This document shows, in pieces, positions 60,279 to 64,000 of a DNA stretch of 64,000 nucleotides; position 1 is the first letter of the stretch, and every line of letters starts with the position of its first letter. Both the position numbers and the translations under genes were made by a program. Origin of the DNA: the human T2T-CHM13v2.0 reference genome, Homo sapiens; assembly GCF_009914755.1 (NCBI RefSeq), contig NC_060933.1; one strand, given 5' to 3'. Below the pieces are notes generated by a model. The model was not told the origin of the DNA. It did no database searches and saw only the letters and a program-made list of their open reading frames with translations.

Positions 60279-60898
60279 TGATATAGGAGTTAAGAAGAAA
60301 TCACTTAGGCAGACAGTGAGAGTATGGCAGCCTTTGGTAAGGCTTTTCTCTTTAATGAAAAGCAGCCCCAAATCATTTTCTAACAAAGAGCAGCCTGTAA
60401 GCTCGAGCTCCAGACATAGACAAGCAATCTGGGAGCTTGCACTGGTGAATGCCAGCAGAAACTCGGGGCTAGACATGTTCAGGATGGCAGCTCCACTTCC
60501 CTTCTCTTTGTCAGCCACGTTTACAGTAAGAAGCAGACAACATGGTGCAGATCAACAGGAAAGCCCATTTGCAGAATAAGATTAGGGTGGGGCGACCAGC
60601 CTTCCTTTTCCCCCTGCCCCCACACAGTATATAGACGTCATACCTGATGGAACCAATCTGTGAGCCCCATATAAATCAGACACCGCCTTCTCCAACCTGC
60701 TGCCTATAAAATCTGCTGCGATCCACTGCCTCACCCCCTCTGTGGACATCTCTCTTTCCCAAAAAGCTGCCTCTCTCCTTTCTTCTAACTATCAACTTTC
60801 CACTACTTAACCCACCCACATGTGTCTGTGTCCTAAATTCTTTCTTGGCACACAAAACAAACCACAGGGTATATACCCCAGACAGCATAGGCATATCA
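60279..60898 (+). mobile_element. LTR9-like (HUERS-P3) solo LTR inserted into an AluJ (60211-61135)
   Basis: tgatataggagttaagaagaaatcacttaggcag...atatca; 4-bp TSD ttgg; TATAAAA at about 60705; the Alu resumes exactly after the TSD. Confidence 0.88.
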
Positions 60899-61159
60899 TT
60901 GGAGCCAGGAGTTCAAGACCAGCCTGGACAACATAGTGAGACCCCCCACATCTCTACAAAAATTAAAATTAAAATTACCTGAGCGTGGTGGTGCATGCCT
61001 GTAGTCCTAGCTACTTGGGAGGCTGAGGCAGGAGGATAGCTTGAGCCCAGGAGTTCAAGGCTACAGTAAACCGTAATCACACCACTGCACACCAGACTGG
61101 GCAACAGAGCAAGATTCTGCCTCTAACAAAAAGAAAGAGTGGGGGGAGAGAGAGAGAGA

Positions 61160-62155
<996 letters not shown>

Positions 62156-62499
62156 TGACACTATAAGACAACCCAGTGAAGAGTATGAGTTTAATTGCAG
62201 CTATGGAAAAGTATTCTATACTCACCTAGGATGGAGTATAGAAGTTAAGAGGGCAAAAATCAGAGCCATGAGGAACTCCCATATTTAAAAGAACTGGTAA
62301 TAATAATAATGATATTCATAATAATGGTAATAATAATTATAGCAATAGTTAACATTTATTGAGATTTATATTCAAGCAATACTTTGCTAAGCATGTATGT
62401 GTCATCTTTTATCCTTTTTTCTTATTTTCAACTTTTTTTTTCTTCTGGATTTGTCTTTAAATATCTTAGTTTTTTTCATCCTAAAATTATCCTCCTTCA

Positions 62500-63225
62500 A
62501 CCTTTTTCCCATCCCTTTCTTACCTCCCTTTTGTAACCAAACTTCTTGGAAAAGTTGACTGCATTTGTTTCTGTTACTTCTACTTTCATTCATTCTCTTA
62601 TCCTCTCCACCTGGCTTCTGGCTCTATCACCCACTTCACAGCTCTTGAGAAGTTCACTAGTGCTCTCTCTGTCACTAAAGTCCTTATCGTAATACTGTGC
62701 ATCCAGCACAGTTCAGCACTCCCTCCGTCTTGAAGTATTTTCCCCTTGCCTTTATGACATTATACTTTCCTTGTTTTTTCTTCTCTTCCTGATTGCTTGT
62801 TCTCTGTCTTGGCTAGCTCATCCTACTCCACCAGTCCTTTATAAATGTGGGAGTTCCTCATGGCTCTGGTCTCTGCCCTCTTCTATACTCTATCCTAGGT
62901 GAATATAGGATACTTTTCCGTGGCTGCAATTAAACTGAAAATTTCCAAATTTAATGCTTAATCCCAAGTCTGTTCTTTGAGCTCCAGCCTCTCCCCTAGG
63001 TTGTCTTATAGATGAATTAATGATCTTCCTTACTTACCTTTCCATGATTCCCCACTCCCTGCTCCCTTCATGGGGGAAAAATGTAGTTCTCCAATGTGCC
63101 TTACATGATATATCAGTTGGGTGTGCTAGAAGTTTGGGCATCATCATTGGCTCTTGCGTCTTTCTTATGCATATCCAATGAACCACTAAAGCCTTCAGAG
63201 TATATCTTTAAAACACCATGAATCT
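62500..63225 (+). mobile_element. L2 fragment
   Basis: Pyrimidine-rich L2-like text (ctggcttctggctctatcaccc, cagcacagttcagcactccctc). Confidence 0.55.
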
Positions 63226-63491
63226 GTCCAATTTTCATTTCTTCTGCCAACAACTTAGTCTGTTTTGTTTTAGCTCTTCTTCCAATGTGAAGATCAGGCC
63301 AGCCTGTTCAGTGTTGTGGTCTTTGGGTTTTAACTCCTCATCTCTTATAGGCCATGGCTTAAACCAGCAAGACATAGCACTCTTTAAATCCATGCTTAGG
63401 GAAAAGAAGACACTGTCTTCTTCAAAGAGTAGAAGTCTGCTGAAATGCAACTCTGCTTGTAACTCAAACTTTTACCTTCTTATCTAGTGCA

Positions 63492-63788
63492 CTTTTTTTT
63501 TTTTTTTTTTTTTTTGAGACAAGGTCTTGCTCTGTCATCCAGGCTTGAGTGCAGTGGTGTGATCGTGGCTCACTGCAGCCTTGGGCTCAAGCGATCCTCC
63601 CACCTTAGCCTCCCAAGTAGCTAGGACTGCAGGCACATGCCAGCGTACCTCACACATTTTTTAATTTTTTGTAGAGATAGGGTCTTACTATGTTGCCCAG
63701 GCTGATCTCAAACTCCTGGGCTTAAGTGATCCTCCTGCCTCAGCCTCCCAAAATGCTAGGATTACAGGCACAAGCCACCACACCTTGC
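63492..63788 (-). mobile_element. AluJ-like
   Basis: Reverse Alu. Confidence 0.9.
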
Positions 63789-64000
63789 CACGTAGGGCAA
63801 TTTTATTCCATCTTGCCACATCTCTAATTCTAGTGAAATGACCCACTTATGGGGGATATCAGGTATTCCAGAAAAAGGAACAGACTTTCCCAAAGATATA
63901 TTGATGTATCCTCTACTTAATGCAAAAACAGAAAACCTGCTTACAGTCCTAAAGGATATTTGCTCTCTGCTTGGAGCTAACTCTCTGAGACTCCTGTCTG

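Noticed and set aside
63218-63487. Overlapping 89-aa and 71-aa ORFs in unique-looking sequence next to L2
   Set aside because: No protein or mRNA recognised; it could be a retrocopy fragment, but that needs BLAST to support

Overview
Repeat-rich human/primate genomic DNA containing the 5' end of AGTPBP1 (CCP1/Nna1, cytosolic carboxypeptidase 1) on the minus strand. I recognised it by splicing three exons by hand: exon 1 in a CpG island (donor at 56272), exon 2 (27061-26997, ATG at 27028) and exon 3 (7304-7180). Exons 2 and 3 give [52 protein letters not shown]. The introns and upstream region hold about 38 Alus, a full-length sense-oriented L1PA6/7-type LINE, old L1M/L2/MIR fragments, hAT-Charlie and mariner (MADE1) relics, MaLR/ERV solo LTRs, a 52-bp VNTR and an internally deleted PDCD10 (CCM3) processed pseudogene. 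The most interesting structure is exon 2, which appears to act as a translational switch. When it is included, the exon-1 polyalanine ORF ends as a uORF, with two overlapping Met-Lys-stop mini-uORFs, just before the main ATG. When it is skipped, the same ORF fuses in frame to exon 3 as an alternative N-terminus. Competing inverted Alu pairs surround exon 2. No wholly new gene or system is demonstrable. Repeat subfamily names come from remembered consensus sequences, and repeat boundaries are approximate.
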